A stretch of DNA of 64,000 nt from Brevundimonas sp. (GTDB lineage Bacteria; Pseudomonadota; Alphaproteobacteria; Caulobacterales; Caulobacteraceae), in NCBI RefSeq assembly GCF_030656255.1, contig NZ_JAUSOE010000030.1, positions 8,319 to 72,318 of the forward strand, read 5' to 3'. The number at the start of each line of letters is the position of its first letter. The first letter of the stretch is position 1. A program made the position numbers and the translations under genes. The notes below the pieces were generated by a model. The model was not told the origin of the DNA. It searched no databases and was given only the letters and a program-made list of their open reading frames with translations. Shown piece after piece: positions 52,729 to 61,666 of this stretch.

Positions 52729-53228
52729 TGAGCACTGAGATCGACGGCGTCATTTCCGAAGCCAAGGCGCCGGTCGAACCGCTGCGCCTGCTGGCCGAGG
52801 ACGCCGACGATCTGCAGATTATCTCCGCCGCGCTTCAGGACGCCATCCTGCGGCCGGTCGATATCGTTTGGGAAAAGGGCGCCCGCACCCTGACCATCGC
52901 CTTCAGCCGCTTCTGCTGGGAGTGCGGCGGAACGCGGGTGATGTGCGCCATGCAGTTCGGCGACGTGCTGGCGGTCAAGAGCCGCCGCCTGTCGCGCAGC
53001 CCCGACGCCTCGCTGGAGCTGCTGGCCCTGGATTTCATGCCGACCGAGGCGCCGGGCGGGCGGGTGATCCTGATGTTCGCCGGCGGCGGCGATCTGCGAA
53101 TCGACGTCGAATGCCTGGACGCCGTGGTGACGGACATCTCCGAGCGCTGGCCGGCGCGGGTCGCCCCGACGCATCTGGACGCGGCCCCCCTGACCGCACC
53201 TGAAAATGATGAAGGGAGCGCGGCATGA
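52728..53228 (+). CDS. DUF2948 protein
   Basis: [30 protein letters not shown]...[13 protein letters not shown]. The start overlaps the murA stop (TGATG). This is the conserved murA-downstream gene in alphaproteobacteria (from memory). Confidence 0.75.
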   Translation: MSTEIDGVISEAKAPVEPLRLLAEDADDLQIISAALQDAILRPVDIVWEKGARTLTIAFSRFCWECGGTRVMCAMQFGDVLAVKSRRLSRSPDASLELLALDFMPTEAPGGRVILMFAGGGDLRIDVECLDAVVTDISERWPARVAPTHLDAAPLTAPENDEGSAA

Positions 53229-53692
53229 GCGGCGTCCACAAGCTGGTCTCGGTCGAGCTGGACACGGTCACGCTTCCCGCCGCCACCGCCGAGATCGAGC
53301 ACGAACGCCGCGTCGCCATCTTCGACTTGGTCGAGAAGAACAGCTTCGAACCGGTCGGCGCCGACAGTGGTCCCTATAAGCTCAAGCTGTCGTTGCAGGA
53401 CAATCGGCTGGTGTTCGACATCGATGGCGAGGGCTTCACCCGCACCTACGCCATCAGCCTGACGCCCCTGAAGGGGGTGCTCAGGGACTATCTCATGATC
53501 TGCGACAGCTATTACGAGGCCCTGCGCGGGTCGTCCGCCAGCCAGATCGAATCGGTCGACATGGGCCGGCGCGGCCTGCACAACGAGGGGGCCGATCAGC
53601 TCAAGGCGCGGCTGGACGGCAAGATCGTGGTCGATCACGAGACCGCGCGACGACTGTTTACGCTGCTCTGCGCCCTCTACCGTCGCGGCTGA
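53225..53692 (+). CDS. UPF0262 family protein
   Basis: [45 protein letters not shown]...[18 protein letters not shown]. Confidence 0.8.
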   Translation: MSGVHKLVSVELDTVTLPAATAEIEHERRVAIFDLVEKNSFEPVGADSGPYKLKLSLQDNRLVFDIDGEGFTRTYAISLTPLKGVLRDYLMICDSYYEALRGSSASQIESVDMGRRGLHNEGADQLKARLDGKIVVDHETARRLFTLLCALYRRG

Positions 53693-53795
53693 CCTCGACT
53701 ATCTCTGCGTTTTCGGGCATTAGGCCCCTCCATTCCGCCCCTCGCGCCCGCCCGGCGTGGGGTCGAACGCATATTCAACGGGCGTGAGAGGCCGC

Positions 53796-54014
53796 ATGGC
53801 TAAGGAAGAACTGCTCGAGTTTCCCGGCACCGTCAGCGAACTGCTGCCGAACGCCACCTTCCGCGTGACGCTCGAGAACGACCACGAGATCATCGCCCAC
53901 ACGGCGGGCAAGATGCGCAAGAACCGCATCCGCGTGCTGGCCGGCGACAAGGTTCTGGTGGAAATGACCCCCTACGACCTGACCAAGGGTCGCATCACCT
54001 ATCGCTTCAAGTAA
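53796..54014 (+). CDS. infA: Translation initiation factor IF-1
   Basis: [72 protein letters not shown]. Confidence 0.95.
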   Translation: MAKEELLEFPGTVSELLPNATFRVTLENDHEIIAHTAGKMRKNRIRVLAGDKVLVEMTPYDLTKGRITYRFK

Positions 54015-54026
54015 GGGACGGCTCGT

Positions 54027-54602
54027 ATGAGCCGGCCTGAGCTGGTGCTGGCCTCGGCCAGCCCGCGCCGCATCGAACTGCTGGCGCAGGTCGGGATCAC
54101 GCCCGACCATATCGATCCCGCCGACATCGACGAGACGCCGCTGAAGGGCGAGACGCCCACGCGTCTCGCCGAACGTCTGGCTACGTCCAAGGCCCAGGTG
54201 GTCGCGGCGCGACGGCCCGACGCGGTGGTCATCGCCGCCGACACCGTGGTCGCCGTGGGGCGTCGCTTCCTGGAGAAGGCGTCGGACGAGGCCGAGGCGA
54301 CGCGGTTCCTGAAACTGCTGTCCGGCCGCAATCACCGGGTCTTCACCGGCGTGGCCGTCGTGCGCGACGGCAAGCTGTCGTCGCGGGTCAATGAGACCCG
54401 CGTCAGCTTCAAGCCGCTGTCGGATCACGAGATCGCCGCCTATGTCGCCACGGGCGACTGGCGCGGCAAGGCCGGCGGTTACGGCATCCAGGGTCCGGCC
54501 GGGGCCTTCATTCAGCGAATCGTCGGCAGCCATCCCGCGGTCATGGGCCTGCCCCTCTATGAGGCGGTGCAGTTGCTGCATGGCGTGGGTTGGCGGGCAT
54601 GA
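54027..54602 (+). CDS. maf: Maf-like nucleoside triphosphate pyrophosphatase
   Basis: LVLASASPRRIELLAQVGI...VIAADTVVAVG...EKASDEAEA...GKAGGYGIQG. Confidence 0.9.
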   Translation: MSRPELVLASASPRRIELLAQVGITPDHIDPADIDETPLKGETPTRLAERLATSKAQVVAARRPDAVVIAADTVVAVGRRFLEKASDEAEATRFLKLLSGRNHRVFTGVAVVRDGKLSSRVNETRVSFKPLSDHEIAAYVATGDWRGKAGGYGIQGPAGAFIQRIVGSHPAVMGLPLYEAVQLLHGVGWRA

Positions 54603-55639
54603 GCGGCGAGATCGAGGTCTTCCTCGACGAGGCGCCGGGCGAGACTCGCGGCGCAGTTTCGCGCGACGGCCGCTATACCCATCTGCTGATCCATCGTGAC
54701 GGCGATCTGCCCCAGCATCGCCTGGGCGCCCGGTCCGTCGGCCGGGTGACCGAGATCAATCCCGGCCTGCGCGGCGCCTTCGTCGATCTGGGCGCCGGCG
54801 CGCCGGCCTTTCTGCCCTTTCATCGCAATGAACGTCTGACCCAGGGCGAACGGCTGGAGGCGGCGGTCGTCGCCGAGCCGCGCGCCGGCAAGGGCGCGGT
54901 TCTGCGCCGCCTCGGGCCGGGGGAGGGGGCGCCCCGCCTATTGGACGCGGCGCCCAGCATCGCCGCGCAACTGAGAGACCTCGCCGGGGGCGGGGGCTTG
55001 ATCACAGGTCTCGCCGCCATCGACGCGGTGACGGAGGCGGAGGAAGAGGCTCTGGCGCCCAGCCATGTCTTCCCCTCGCACGGGGTCGATCTCGCTATCG
55101 AACGCACCCGCGCCCTGATTGCTGTCGATATCGATCATACGGCCGGGACGGGGCGGGATCCGAAGCAGGCGCGTGCTGCGGCGAATCGTCAGGGGCTGAA
55201 CCAGGCTGCGCGTCTGATCGGCCTGCGGCACTGGGGCGGGCTGATCGTCATCGACCTGGTCGGCGACGCAGAGGACGCCGCCGCCGGGGACAAGGCGGCC
55301 CGCGCGGCCTTCGCCCACGAACCCCAGGCCGTGTTCGGCCCGATCAGCCGGTTCGGCCTGTTGCAGATGTCGCTGCCTTGGCGGCGAACCCCTATCGAAG
55401 AAATCCTGTTCGAGGCTGGTCGCCGGCGGTCAGTCCAGACCGAGGTCCTGACCCTGGCGCGGGCGCTGCGCCGACGACTGTTGTCCGACACCCTGTCGCC
55501 GCGCGTCGTCGCGCGCTGTGCGCCGGACGAGGCCGCGATTCTCGCTCCCCTGGCCGCCCGCATGGGGCCGCGCGCCTCGGTGCGAGCCGACGCTGACGTG
55601 CGGCGCGGGTGCGGCCGTATCGAAGGACCGGATCGATGA
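54599..55639 (+). CDS. Ribonuclease E/G family protein (short form)
   Basis: Position in the conserved alphaproteobacterial infA-maf-rne/rng-like-yacG order. AFVDLGAGAPAFLP...IAVDIDH...GLIVIDLV resemble RNase E/G catalytic-domain motifs. ATGA overlap with maf. Confidence 0.65.
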   Translation: MSGEIEVFLDEAPGETRGAVSRDGRYTHLLIHRDGDLPQHRLGARSVGRVTEINPGLRGAFVDLGAGAPAFLPFHRNERLTQGERLEAAVVAEPRAGKGAVLRRLGPGEGAPRLLDAAPSIAAQLRDLAGGGGLITGLAAIDAVTEAEEEALAPSHVFPSHGVDLAIERTRALIAVDIDHTAGTGRDPKQARAAANRQGLNQAARLIGLRHWGGLIVIDLVGDAEDAAAGDKAARAAFAHEPQAVFGPISRFGLLQMSLPWRRTPIEEILFEAGRRRSVQTEVLTLARALRRRLLSDTLSPRVVARCAPDEAAILAPLAARMGPRASVRADADVRRGCGRIEGPDR

Positions 55640-55800
55640 GCACCTGCCCGATCTGCCGCAAGGCCGACGCCGATCCCAAGTACAAGCCCTTCTGCTCGCG
55701 CCGCTGCTCCGAGGTGGATCTGCAGCGCTGGTTCACGGGCGGCTACGCCATCCCGGCCGCCTTGGACGAGGGCGCCGAAGATGATGGCGAAAAGGACTGA
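55636..55800 (+). CDS. yacG: DNA gyrase inhibitor YacG (zinc finger)
   Basis: MSTCPICRKADADPKYKPFCSRRCSEVDLQRWFTGGYAIP. ATGA overlap with the upstream gene. Confidence 0.85.
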   Translation: MSTCPICRKADADPKYKPFCSRRCSEVDLQRWFTGGYAIPAALDEGAEDDGEKD

Positions 55801-55863
55801 AACGACGCTGGACAGGCGGAAACGGCTCGCCTATAGACCCGCCTCTCGCGACGCCGCGTCGGC

Positions 55864-55939
55864 GCCTGGATAGCTCAGTTGGTAGAGCAGCGGATTGAAA
55901 ATCCGCGTGTCGGTGGTTCGAACCCGCCTCCAGGCACCA
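55864..55939 (+). tRNA. tRNA-Phe (anticodon GAA)
   Basis: GCCTGGATAGCTCAGTTGGTAGAGCAGCGGATTGAAAATCCGCGTGTCGGTGGTTCGAACCCGCCTCCAGGCACCA. Confidence 0.95.
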
Positions 55940-56487
55940 TCTTTCGACGGCCCGCCGACCTTCCCTCAAATGATCAAGCAAATGGTCTCGTTCCATGGAA
56001 CGACGGCATCTGAAACGATGCTGATCGAGTGCTTTGGGGGCGGATGATCTGCGAAACCCTCTCAGAGGAGTAAAAAACTCCTCCGGAATATGGTTTTCGA
56101 ACAAGCTTGCGCTAATCGCGGCGAAATCATCACAAAAGTGTCGCTTTCTGGCTTTCTGGCGGTCGAAAGGAGCAAGACTTGCTCGAACTTCGCCCGGCGG
56201 GTGAAATCCGGCTGTTCTCCCTTGACGCTCCGGTAAGGGTTCGCCAAAGGGGGTAGGACGTCCTCCCACAAAGGCGTCAGACGGATTCTTAGGAGACGCG
56301 TTCTCCGGCGGTTCGAATACGGAGGCGATGCGGGCAACCGGATGCGTCTTCATCAAAGAATTCAGCGCCCGGATGATCCCGATGGGACGTGGGGCGTTGA
56401 AGGAAACATTTTCAGGTTGGGGGGCGGCTCTTTGACACGGCCGCACCTTTGGTTCCACGAGTCAGACCAAGCAGGAACTGGCGAATT

Positions 56488-57375
56488 ATGCTGAACAGCA
56501 AAAAGACGAACATCCTTCTCGCCATGGCCGGCGCCGCCGTGCTGATGGCGAGCTCGCCGGTCTTGGCCCAGGCCCCGGCCGAGCCGACCCCGGCCGCTGC
56601 ACCCGCAGCAGCCCCGACGGCGATGGCTCCGGCCGCCGACGCGGCCAACCCGGAAAGCATGAACGAAGCCGTCGGCGGCGGTCACGGCGGCGACATCACG
56701 CCGATCTCCATGTTTATGGAAGCGACCGTGATTGTTAAGGTCGTCATGATCGGCCTGCTTCTGGCTTCGATCCTGTCCTGGACCCTGCTGCTCATCAAGC
56801 TGTTCGAGTTCGGCGCTCTGAACCGCAAGACCGACAACTTCCTCGAAACCTTCCGCGGCGCCCGCACCATCGCGGACATGCGCGCCGTTTCGACCCAGGA
56901 AGAGTTCGACGGCAACCCGCTGGCTGACATGGCCGCTGCGGCGACCGAAGAAGTCGAAATGTCGCGTCAGGCCGGTCTGTCGGTCACCGGCGATCACCTC
57001 GACTCGGCCCTGGGCCGCGCCGCCGCCGCTGTCACCGCCGTTCAATCCGGTCTGGCCCTGCGCCTGTCGGGCGGACAGCAGTTCCTGGCTTCGGTCGGCT
57101 CGATCGGTCCGTTCGTCGGTCTGTTCGGTACGGTTTACGGCATCATGAACTCCTTCATCGGTATCGCCCAGTCCAACACGACCAACCTGGCCGTCGTTGC
57201 CCCGGGTATCGCTGAAGCTCTGCTGGCCACCGGCATCGGTCTGTTCGCCGCTATCCCGGCCGTTGTCTTCTACAACTACTTCAACACCCGCATCGCCGCC
57301 TACGGCACCCGTGCCGATGGCTTCGCCGCTGAGCTGCTGAACGGCATCTCGCGTCAGCTCGACAAGGGGGCGTAA
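56488..57375 (+). CDS. exbB: ExbB/TolQ-family proton channel with an N-terminal signal/periplasmic extension
   Basis: MLNSKKTNILLAMAGAAVLMASSPVLAQ..., then ...LASVGSIGPFVGLFGTVYGIMNSF...VAPGIAEALLATGIGLFAAIPAVVFYN (MotA/TolQ/ExbB signature). Confidence 0.9.
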   Translation: MLNSKKTNILLAMAGAAVLMASSPVLAQAPAEPTPAAAPAAAPTAMAPAADAANPESMNEAVGGGHGGDITPISMFMEATVIVKVVMIGLLLASILSWTLLLIKLFEFGALNRKTDNFLETFRGARTIADMRAVSTQEEFDGNPLADMAAAATEEVEMSRQAGLSVTGDHLDSALGRAAAAVTAVQSGLALRLSGGQQFLASVGSIGPFVGLFGTVYGIMNSFIGIAQSNTTNLAVVAPGIAEALLATGIGLFAAIPAVVFYNYFNTRIAAYGTRADGFAAELLNGISRQLDKGA

Positions 57376-57380
57376 GACGG

Positions 57381-57815
57381 ATGGCCGCCAAGATTAAATC
57401 GGGCGGCGGCGGCAACAAGGTCGAGGCCAACAGCGATATCAACGTCACGCCTTTCGTTGACATCATGTTGGTCCTCCTCATCATCTTCATGGTCGCGGCT
57501 CCGCTCGCTTCCGTGTCGGTGCCGGTCGAGTTGCCCATCGCCGTCGCCAAGGCGGCCCCGAACCCGCCCAAGCCGGTCTATATTTCGATCCAGAATGACG
57601 GCGACGTCTTTGTGGGCGACTTCCAGACCGACGTCGGATCCCTGGGCGAAGATCTGCTGAAGCAGATCGGGTCCCGGAACCCGGCGGATGAGCGGATCTT
57701 CATTCGGGGCGACCAAAACACCCGCTACGGTGATTTCATGCAGGTCATGAACGCTTTGCAGGATAACGGCTTCTACAGCGTTGCACTGGTCGGCGAAGAC
57801 CAGGCGACGAGCTAG
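57381..57815 (+). CDS. exbD: ExbD/TolR family protein
   Basis: INVTPFVDIMLVLLIIFMV...KPVYISIQNDGDVFVG...IFIRGDQNTRYGDFMQVMNALQDNG. Confidence 0.9.
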   Translation: MAAKIKSGGGGNKVEANSDINVTPFVDIMLVLLIIFMVAAPLASVSVPVELPIAVAKAAPNPPKPVYISIQNDGDVFVGDFQTDVGSLGEDLLKQIGSRNPADERIFIRGDQNTRYGDFMQVMNALQDNGFYSVALVGEDQATS

Positions 57816-57829
57816 AGCGCGGGGATAGT

Positions 57830-58543
57830 ATGACAGACGTCGAATATCATCGCAGTCGTTACGACGTACCGAAGGCCAAGGGTTTCATGGGGGTTTCTTA
57901 CCCCGTGCTGATCGTTTGCCTCCTGGTTGTTACGATCCTGTTCGCATTGCTGATCTTCTTCCTTCAGCAGTCGAAGTTCAAACTGAAGGAGTTCAACTAC
58001 GTCGACGAGTCCGTCGAGGTCGAGTTGGTCGAGCCGGTTCCGCCGCCTCCGCCGCCTCCGCCCCCGCCGCCTCCGCCGACGGATCAGCCGCCGCCGCCCA
58101 AGCTTCAGGTGCGGGTGCCGGCTCCGGTTCCGAACGTGGTTCCTCCTCCGCCGGTGAACATCACGCCGACGAAGAAGGAAGACCGGGTCGAGTACACGGG
58201 TCCGCCCGTGAACATTCCTGGACCGCCGCCGCCTCCGGCGCCGCCGGCCCCGGCTCGTCCTGCGGTGGTGACCAGCGTCGCCTGGTCGCGTCAGCCTCAA
58301 CCCGAGTTCCCTGAGCGTGCTCAGGAGCGCGGTATCGAAGGCGGCACCGTGACCCTGCTCTGCACTGTCGCCGCCAACGGCACGCCGACGAACTGCAGTG
58401 TGGTTTCCGAGACGCCCTCGGGCTCTGGTTTCGGTCAGGCCGCTCTTCGCTCCATGCGTTCGGCGCGGTTCTCGCCCGGCACCGTGGACGGTGTGGCTCA
58501 AGGCGGTCAGGCCCGCTTTACGGTTCGCTTCCGTCTCCAGTAG
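57830..58543 (+). CDS. tonB: TonB energy transducer
   Basis: N-terminal TM helix, a proline-rich spacer that includes 13 consecutive Pro, and the C-terminal TonB domain ...PEFPERAQERGIEGGTVTLLCTVAANGTPTNCSVVSETPSGSGFGQAALRSM. Confidence 0.85.
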   Translation: MTDVEYHRSRYDVPKAKGFMGVSYPVLIVCLLVVTILFALLIFFLQQSKFKLKEFNYVDESVEVELVEPVPPPPPPPPPPPPPTDQPPPPKLQVRVPAPVPNVVPPPPVNITPTKKEDRVEYTGPPVNIPGPPPPPAPPAPARPAVVTSVAWSRQPQPEFPERAQERGIEGGTVTLLCTVAANGTPTNCSVVSETPSGSGFGQAALRSMRSARFSPGTVDGVAQGGQARFTVRFRLQ

Positions 58544-58567
58544 GCGAAGGCGAGTTCAACAAGACAG

Positions 58568-58600
58568 AACGCCCCGGTTTCGGCCGGGGCGTTTTTCTTT
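58568..58600 (+). terminator. Rho-independent terminator after tonB
   Basis: AACGCCCCGG-tttcgg-CCGGGGCGTT followed by TTTCTTT. Confidence 0.8.
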
Positions 58601-58669
58601 GCATCAGGCGCAACGACGCCTTGATCCCCTGCCACAGTCCCGGTAGAGAACGCCCCTCGCGACGCGCGG

Positions 58670-58746
58670 GCCGCCTTAGCTCAGTTGGTTAGAGCGCCGG
58701 TTTGTGGAACCGGAGGTCCTCAGTTCAAGCCTGAGAGGCGGTACCA
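58670..58746 (+). tRNA. tRNA-His (anticodon GUG) of the alphaproteobacterial G1:U72 / A73 type
   Basis: GCCGCCTTAGCTCAGTTGGTTAGAGCGCCGGTTTGTGGAACCGGAGGTCCTCAGTTCAAGCCTGAGAGGCGGTACCA. The discriminator is A, and position 1:72 is G:T. Confidence 0.9.
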
Positions 58747-58847
58747 TCGCGCAGCGTGGCGGGGCTTGCAGCCCGCCGCCCCAGTGACCATCTCCTGGTC
58801 GTCGGCGTGTTTCCGCGCTGATCCCCCACATCGACAGGAGAGCGCAG

Positions 58848-59834
58848 ATGAAGACGCGCAAGTTGGGCCCGAACGGTCCCGAGGTTTCGGCCATAGGCCT
58901 GGGCTGTATGGGCATGAGCGCCTTCTACGGCGGCGCGGACGAGGCCCGGTCCATATCCGTCATCCACCGCGCCCTCGACCTGGGCGTCACCCTGTTCGAC
59001 ACCGCCGAGATGTACGGCCCGCACACCAATGAGATGCTGGTCGGCAAGGCGCTGAAGGACCGGCGCGATCAGGCCTTCATCGCCACAAAATTCGGCATCA
59101 ACTACAACGCCGACCGTTCCAAGCTATTGGTCGACGGCAGCCCGGCCAATGTCCGCCGCGCCATCGAGGGCAGTCTTCAGCGCCTCGGCGTCGATCACGT
59201 CGATCTGTACTATCTGCACCGGGTCGATCCCGACACGCCGATCGAGGAGACGGTCGGGGCCATGGCCGAACTGGTCAAGGAGGGCAAGGTCCGCTTCCTG
59301 GGCCTGTCCGAGGCGGCGCCGGAGACCCTGCGCAAGGCCCATGCGACACATCCGATCACAGCGCTCCAGACCGAGTATTCGTTGTGGACCCGAGATCCGG
59401 AGGACGAACTGTTCGCGGTCGTGCGTGAACTGGGCATAGGCTTCGTGCCTTACAGTCCGTTGGGCCGGGGCTTCCTGTCCGGCGACATCAAGTCCATCGA
59501 CGATCTGGAGGCGGACGACTTCCGCCGCACCAACCCCCGCTTCATGGGCGAGAATTTCCAGAAGAACCTGGATCTGGTCGAGGCGGTGAAGACCATCGCC
59601 GCCGACAACGGCGTGACCGCCGCCCAACTGGCCCTGGCCTGGGTCCTGGCCCAGGGCGAGGATCTGGTTCCGATCCCCGGCACGCGCCGCGTGGCCACTC
59701 TGGAACAGAACGTGGCCGCAGCGGACATCGTCCTGACGCCGGAAGACCTGGCGCGCATCGATGCGGTCTTCCCCAAGGGCGCCGCCGTGGGCCACCGCTA
59801 CGCCGAGGCGGCGCGCGCGGCCCTGAACCACTGA
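58848..59834 (+). CDS. Aldo/keto reductase
   Basis: [12 protein letters not shown]...[24 protein letters not shown]...[11 protein letters not shown]...[15 protein letters not shown]. Confidence 0.9.
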   Translation: MKTRKLGPNGPEVSAIGLGCMGMSAFYGGADEARSISVIHRALDLGVTLFDTAEMYGPHTNEMLVGKALKDRRDQAFIATKFGINYNADRSKLLVDGSPANVRRAIEGSLQRLGVDHVDLYYLHRVDPDTPIEETVGAMAELVKEGKVRFLGLSEAAPETLRKAHATHPITALQTEYSLWTRDPEDELFAVVRELGIGFVPYSPLGRGFLSGDIKSIDDLEADDFRRTNPRFMGENFQKNLDLVEAVKTIAADNGVTAAQLALAWVLAQGEDLVPIPGTRRVATLEQNVAAADIVLTPEDLARIDAVFPKGAAVGHRYAEAARAALNH

Positions 59835-59881
59835 GGTCGCAGCCCAACTGAGTCCGAACCGTCAGGCTTGACGGTAGACAT

Positions 59882-59919
59882 GAAAAGGCCCGGCCGGATC
59901 GCTCCGGCCGGGCCTCTTT
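59882..59919. terminator. Bidirectional intrinsic terminator between convergent genes
   Basis: AAAA-GGCCCGGCCGG-atcgct-CCGGCCGGGCC-TCTTTG, a perfect 11-bp stem with an A-run and a T-run flanking it. Confidence 0.75.
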
Positions 59920-59933
59920 GCGTCTGGACGGGC

Positions 59934-60356
59934 CTACTGGATACGGGTCCAGGTCTGGGTCTTGCACAGGGGCGCGACGACGCAGCCGCGCAGGTTCAGG
60001 CTGTTGTCGTTGGTCATGGTGATGGTGCCGCGATAGGTGCGGCCGTCGGCCGGATTATAGACCGAGCCGTTGCGCCATTCGGTCGGGCCGCCGGTGAAGC
60101 CGGTCAGCATGGGCAGGTTGCGCAGGGTGCGGCCGCGCAGGGCGGTGTCGCGATTGTGCTCGTCGCGGGCGTTGGCGTCGGTCCGGATGTGGTCCGAGTT
60201 CACCAGGGTCCCGCACAGGGCTTGGCCGCAGCGGGCGATCCGCACCTGGCCGCCATTGGTCGGGGTCTGCCACAGGCCGGTCGGATCGGCGGCCAGGGCG
60301 GGGGAGGCGAGGGCGGTCGCCAGGGCGGCGGCGGCCAACATGATCTTGGTCTTCAT
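59934..60356 (-). CDS. DUF2147 secreted protein
   Basis: Signal peptide MKTKIMLAAAALATALASPALA. GLWQTPTNGGQVRIARCGQALCGTLV...NGSVYNPADGRTYRGTITMTNDNSLNLRGCV is the DUF2147 pattern. Confidence 0.8.
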   Translation of the reverse strand: MKTKIMLAAAALATALASPALAADPTGLWQTPTNGGQVRIARCGQALCGTLVNSDHIRTDANARDEHNRDTALRGRTLRNLPMLTGFTGGPTEWRNGSVYNPADGRTYRGTITMTNDNSLNLRGCVVAPLCKTQTWTRIQ

Positions 60357-60557
60357 GGTCGTTTCCTTTGCTCAGGCCGGTTCGGCGGCCCGTTGGCGAT
60401 CAAGGTGATCCGGGTTTCGGTTCAAAACAAGGCTGAACTGATCTGCTTCGCTAATGAAAACCGTCCCTTAGGGAAGCTTTTAGCCAGGCGGTCAGGCCGC
60501 ATTGACCTTGTCGCGCAGCAGGCGTCTGATCCGGCAAAACAAGCCTTGGGAGACACC

Positions 60558-61532
60558 ATGGCCGACCGACCAGGAAACGACCACGGAAGCCTTATCAAAC
60601 AGGCGCTGGACAACGGGGCCGAGCCGGCGCGCTCTGCGCTCGCCGCATCCTGGCGTCGGTCCATGTCGCTGTACGGCCTGGATCCGGAAGACGGCGGCCG
60701 CGCCCAAACCTTGACAGAGGCGCAATTTCTTGAGGCGCGGCAGGCGATGGAGCCGATGACGCGGGCGGCGCAGGGGGTGCTGGACCGGCTGTTCCTGGCC
60801 GTCGGCGACACCGGCTGCTGCATCCTGCTGACCAACGCCGACGGGGTGCCGTTGGAGCGCCGGGGGGCGGCGGCGGATGACGAAATCTTTCGCCGCTGGG
60901 GGCTGTGGCCCGGCGCAATTTGGTCCGAGGCGGTCGAGGGCACCAATGGCATCGGCACGGCCCTGGCGGAACATCGGCCCGTGACCATCCATCGCGACCA
61001 GCATTTCCACACTCGCAATACGGCCCTGAGCTGCACCAGCCATCCGATCCACGATCATCTGGGACGCCTCGCCGGTCTGCTGGACGTCTCGTCCTGTCGC
61101 GCCGATGCGACTGCGGGCGTGCTGGGCCTGATCGCGGCGGCCGTGGCGGACGCGGCGCGAGCCATCGAGGCTCAGACCTTCCGCCAGGCCTTTTCCCAGG
61201 CGCGGATCGTCCTGGCCGGGGATGCGGTCGAACGCAATGCGGCGGCCCTGCTGGCGGTGGATCGGGATGACCTGGTGATCGGCGCCACCCGCGCCGCCCG
61301 CCTGGCCCTGTCCATCACCGACGAGCGGATCGCGGCCCAGCTGGCGGCGTCCGAGGTGCTGGGGGCGGGCTGTGTCGAGACGGAGCTGCTGGAGGCCGAA
61401 CGGGGGGCGGTGCGTCGCGCCCTGGCGCGCAGCGGCGGCAATGTCTCAGCGGCGGCGCGGGCCCTGGGGGTCAGCCGCGCGACCCTGCACCGCAAGCTGC
61501 ACCGACTGGGCCTGTCCCGCGAAGCCCACTGA
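60558..61532 (+). CDS. AcoR-like regulator with GAF and Fis-type HTH domains but no AAA+ sigma-54 module
   Basis: Start at MADRPGNDHG (internal to track ORF 59868..61532). SWRRSMSLYGLDP...GCCILLTNADGVPL...WSEAVEGTNGIGTAL...LDVSS (AcoR-type N-terminus/GAF). C-terminal ALARSGGNVSAAARALGVSRATLHRKL. At 324 aa it is too short for a central AAA+ domain. Confidence 0.7.
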   Translation: MADRPGNDHGSLIKQALDNGAEPARSALAASWRRSMSLYGLDPEDGGRAQTLTEAQFLEARQAMEPMTRAAQGVLDRLFLAVGDTGCCILLTNADGVPLERRGAAADDEIFRRWGLWPGAIWSEAVEGTNGIGTALAEHRPVTIHRDQHFHTRNTALSCTSHPIHDHLGRLAGLLDVSSCRADATAGVLGLIAAAVADAARAIEAQTFRQAFSQARIVLAGDAVERNAAALLAVDRDDLVIGATRAARLALSITDERIAAQLAASEVLGAGCVETELLEAERGAVRRALARSGGNVSAAARALGVSRATLHRKLHRLGLSREAH

Positions 61533-61537
61533 GCCGA

Positions 61538-61557
61538 CTGTCGCAGGTCTGCGACAG
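61538..61557. promoter_or_regulatory. Perfect inverted repeat upstream of the aldehyde dehydrogenase gene
   Basis: CTGTCGCAG-gt-CTGCGACAG lies 6 nt after the regulator stop and 110 nt before the ATG at 61667. It is a candidate operator or a weak terminator. Confidence 0.3.
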
Positions 61558-61666
61558 GTTTGCGCTGCACCATGGAACCCCCGTCTGGCGGATCGGCCGG
61601 GGCGGGCCGAGCTTGCGGTCCCAACGACGTCGGTAATCGACGCCCGAGGGAACGTAGGAGTGTTTC

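Noticed and set aside
56310-56317. GGTTCGAA, which resembles the T-arm of tRNA-Phe, considered as an att remnant or part of a two-piece tmRNA.
   Set aside because: It is only 8 nt with no adjacent acceptor-like pairing. No tag-peptide reading frame of the AANDNFAEEFAVAA type was seen nearby.
55733-56458. A 241-aa minus-strand ORF in the tRNA-Phe to exbB gap.
   Set aside because: It runs through the tRNA-Phe gene and has no recognisable domain, signal or RBS. Its composition looks non-coding.
59868-60557. A 230-codon N-terminal extension of the GAF-HTH regulator ORF (track 59868..61532).
   Set aside because: The extension overlaps the well-supported DUF2147 gene and the bidirectional terminator on the other strand. 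The homologous AcoR-like sequence begins at the ATG at 60558.
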